A DNA stretch of 44,097 bases, from assembly GCA_964583545.1 (NCBI GenBank), contig CAZOVW010000002.1, forward strand, positions 1-44,097, given 5' to 3'. The DNA comes from an uncultured Dehalococcoidales bacterium. Lineage in GTDB: Bacteria > Chloroflexota > Dehalococcoidia > E44-bin15. Of the stretch, positions 42,299-44,097 are shown piece after piece (the stretch's first letter is position 1; each line of letters begins with the position of its first letter). The notes under the pieces were generated by a model, which saw only the letters and a program-made list of their open reading frames with translations, was not told the DNA's origin and made no database searches. A program made the translations under genes and the position numbers.

Positions 42299-44031
42299 TC
42301 AAGTCATTACAATATTCACCAGCCGGCGCGGCACATATATTACCTTGGGTTCGTGTGCGTCTTTCAGGTAGGCTTGTATCTTCTCCCGGCTGAGCGCCAG
42401 CTCACGGGCCTCCTCCTCGGTAATGGTGATGGGTACCGTAACCCGATCGCGGAGCCTGCCATTTACTTGGATCACCATGGTGAACTCCTCCTCGGCGGCA
42501 AGCCCCTCGTCCCATTCGGGGAAGGCCTGAGCATGGATGCTATAGGGGTGGCCGGTCCTTGTCCAGAGCTCCTCTGCAAGATGGGGAGCGGTGGGGGCAA
42601 GCAGCAGCATAAGGGCATCGATGGCCTCCCTGAAAGCGGCTGAATCGACGGATCTCTCCTCACGCATCTTGCCCAGATAGTTGGTGAACTCCATCAGGGC
42701 GGCGATCATAGTGTTGAAGCGGAACTTCTCCAGGTCCTCGCTCACCCGCTTAATGGTCTTATGGGTAATATGCCTTATCTCATTCGTTTTGGTCGCTTCT
42801 TTTCCAGATGGTTCATAAGTCTCTAGTATGAGAAACCAGATTCGATTCAGCCAGCGGGCGATCCCCTTGATCCCCCGGTCGTCCCACTCCCCACCTTGAT
42901 CCCAGGGACCGATGAACATGAGATAGGCACGCACCGCGTCGGCGCCCAGCTCAGCGACATATTCATCGGGGGTGATCACCCTGCCCCGCGACTTGCTCAT
43001 CTTCTGCCCCTGGGTGACAATGACCCCCTGATTAAAAAGTTGGATGAAGGGCTCATCGAAATCCACAATTCCCAGGTCGCGAAGCGCCTTAATGAAGAAG
43101 CGAGCGTAAAGGAGGTGCATGGTGGCGTGCTCCGCCCCGCCGGTGTATTGATCCACGGGAAGCCAGTATTTCAGCTTTGCGACATCGCACGGGGCATCTT
43201 TATAGTTCGGGCTTGAGTAGCGCAGGAAATACCACGATGAGCACATGAAGGTGTCCATGGTATCGGTCTCCCGCCGCGCCGTGGCGCTGCAACTGGGGCA
43301 ACTGGTGTTCACAAAAGACTCGCAGTATTTGAGGGGCGACTCCCCTGTAGGTCTGAACTCAGCATCCTCCGGGAGGAGTACCGGCAGCTCCTCCTCGGGC
43401 ACCGGGACGAGCCCGCACCGATCGCAATAAACGATGGGGATGGGGGCGCCCCAGTAGCGCTGTCGGGAGATGAGCCAGTCGCGAAGGCGGTAGGTTATCT
43501 GCGGCCCTCCATAGCCCTTTTCCGCGATGAAGTTGGCGATCGCCGCCATCCCCTGCTCACTGGGCAGGCCATCGAACTGGCCTGAATTGACCATAGTGCC
43601 CGGCTCGATGTAGGCCTCTGCCAGCTCCTCGCCGGACCAATCTGGCGGGGCGATGACTACCTTAATAGGGAGGCCGAAGCGTTTGGCGAACTTGAAGTCG
43701 CGCTCATCATGGGCGGGGACTGCCATCACAGCCCCGGTGCCATAGCTCATCAGCACATAGTCGGCGATCCAGATAGGCACCCGCTCCCCGTTCAGTTTGT
43801 TTATGGCATAGGAGCCGGTGAAGACACCGCTCTTCTCCCGCTCCGTGGCGGTTCGCTCGATCTCCGATTGGCGCCGCGCCTTCTCAATATAGCGCTCTAC
43901 CTCCTCTTTATGCTCCGCCGTGGTAAGTCGTGCAACCAATGGGTGCTCCGGGGCGAGGACGACGAAGGTTACCCCGTAGATGGTGTCCGCGCGGGTGGTG
44001 AAAACGCGAAACTCGTTTTTCGAACTCCCGA
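42299..44031 (-). CDS. leuS: Leucine--tRNA ligase, N-terminally truncated (roughly the first 200+ codons missing)
   Basis: VFTTRADTIYGVTFVVLAPEHPLV, KMSKS (KMSKSRG) and the LeuS C-terminal domain. Homology begins only at about 44031; upstream is poly-C junk, so the ATG at 44068 is not a real start. Confidence 0.85.
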
Positions 44032-44097
44032 CCCCCCCCCCCCCCCCTTTGCCACATATTATCTCCACCCCCCCCCTCTATCCCATTCTTTCCTCTT
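44032..44097. other. Low-complexity C-rich contig-end sequence (probable sequencing/assembly artefact)
   Basis: A 16-nt C run (44032-47) and a 9-nt C run (44068-76) in C/T-only context. It replaces the expected leuS 5' portion. Confidence 0.7.

Overview
Window of 44.1 kb, apparently from a Chloroflexi/Dehalococcoidia-like genome; that placement is my impression only, from gene content and GC-rich REP-like palindromes. No rRNA, tRNA, CRISPR array, transposase or integrase was seen. It holds 40 protein genes in long co-directional arrays. (1) Housekeeping block on the minus strand: partial arsM-like gene, valS, coaBC, coaX, nnr. (2) Plus-strand C1/folate operon thyX-folD-amidohydrolase-fhs, ending at a strong bidirectional terminator. 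(3) An uninterrupted minus-strand array of about 18 kb (29344 down to 11421). It forms an orphan lipid/polyketide-like biosynthetic cluster: SRPBCC protein, two paralogous HHxxxDG acyltransferases flanking an acyl-CoA ligase and an SDR, a DUF362 protein, a small repeat-motif protein, an OleA/FabH-like thiolase, a KAS-II-type ketosynthase, an atypical ACP, two CrtI/phytoene-desaturase-family flavoproteins, FabG, FabZ, FabI-like, an Sfp-type PPTase, FabD and two ferredoxin-like Fe-S proteins. Its core (about 13.5-24 kb) is visibly more AT-rich than the flanks. (4) queA and an AT-rich dCMP deaminase gene. (5) A second orphan operon (37941 down to 31602): one beta-like and two tandemly duplicated alpha-like subunits of the 2-hydroxyacyl-CoA dehydratase/benzoyl-CoA reductase family, their ATP-dependent activase, a truncated stand-alone acetyl-CoA-synthase (CdhC/AcsB middle domain)-like protein and a CooC-type CXC-motif ATPase. 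It is bracketed by a 21-bp direct repeat and GC-rich palindromic repeats, and faces a divergent MFS transporter. (6) recF, dnaN and a leuS gene truncated by a poly-C artefact at the contig end. The two orphan operons are the best candidates for undescribed systems. All functional calls rest on motif and family recognition by eye; no database search was run.
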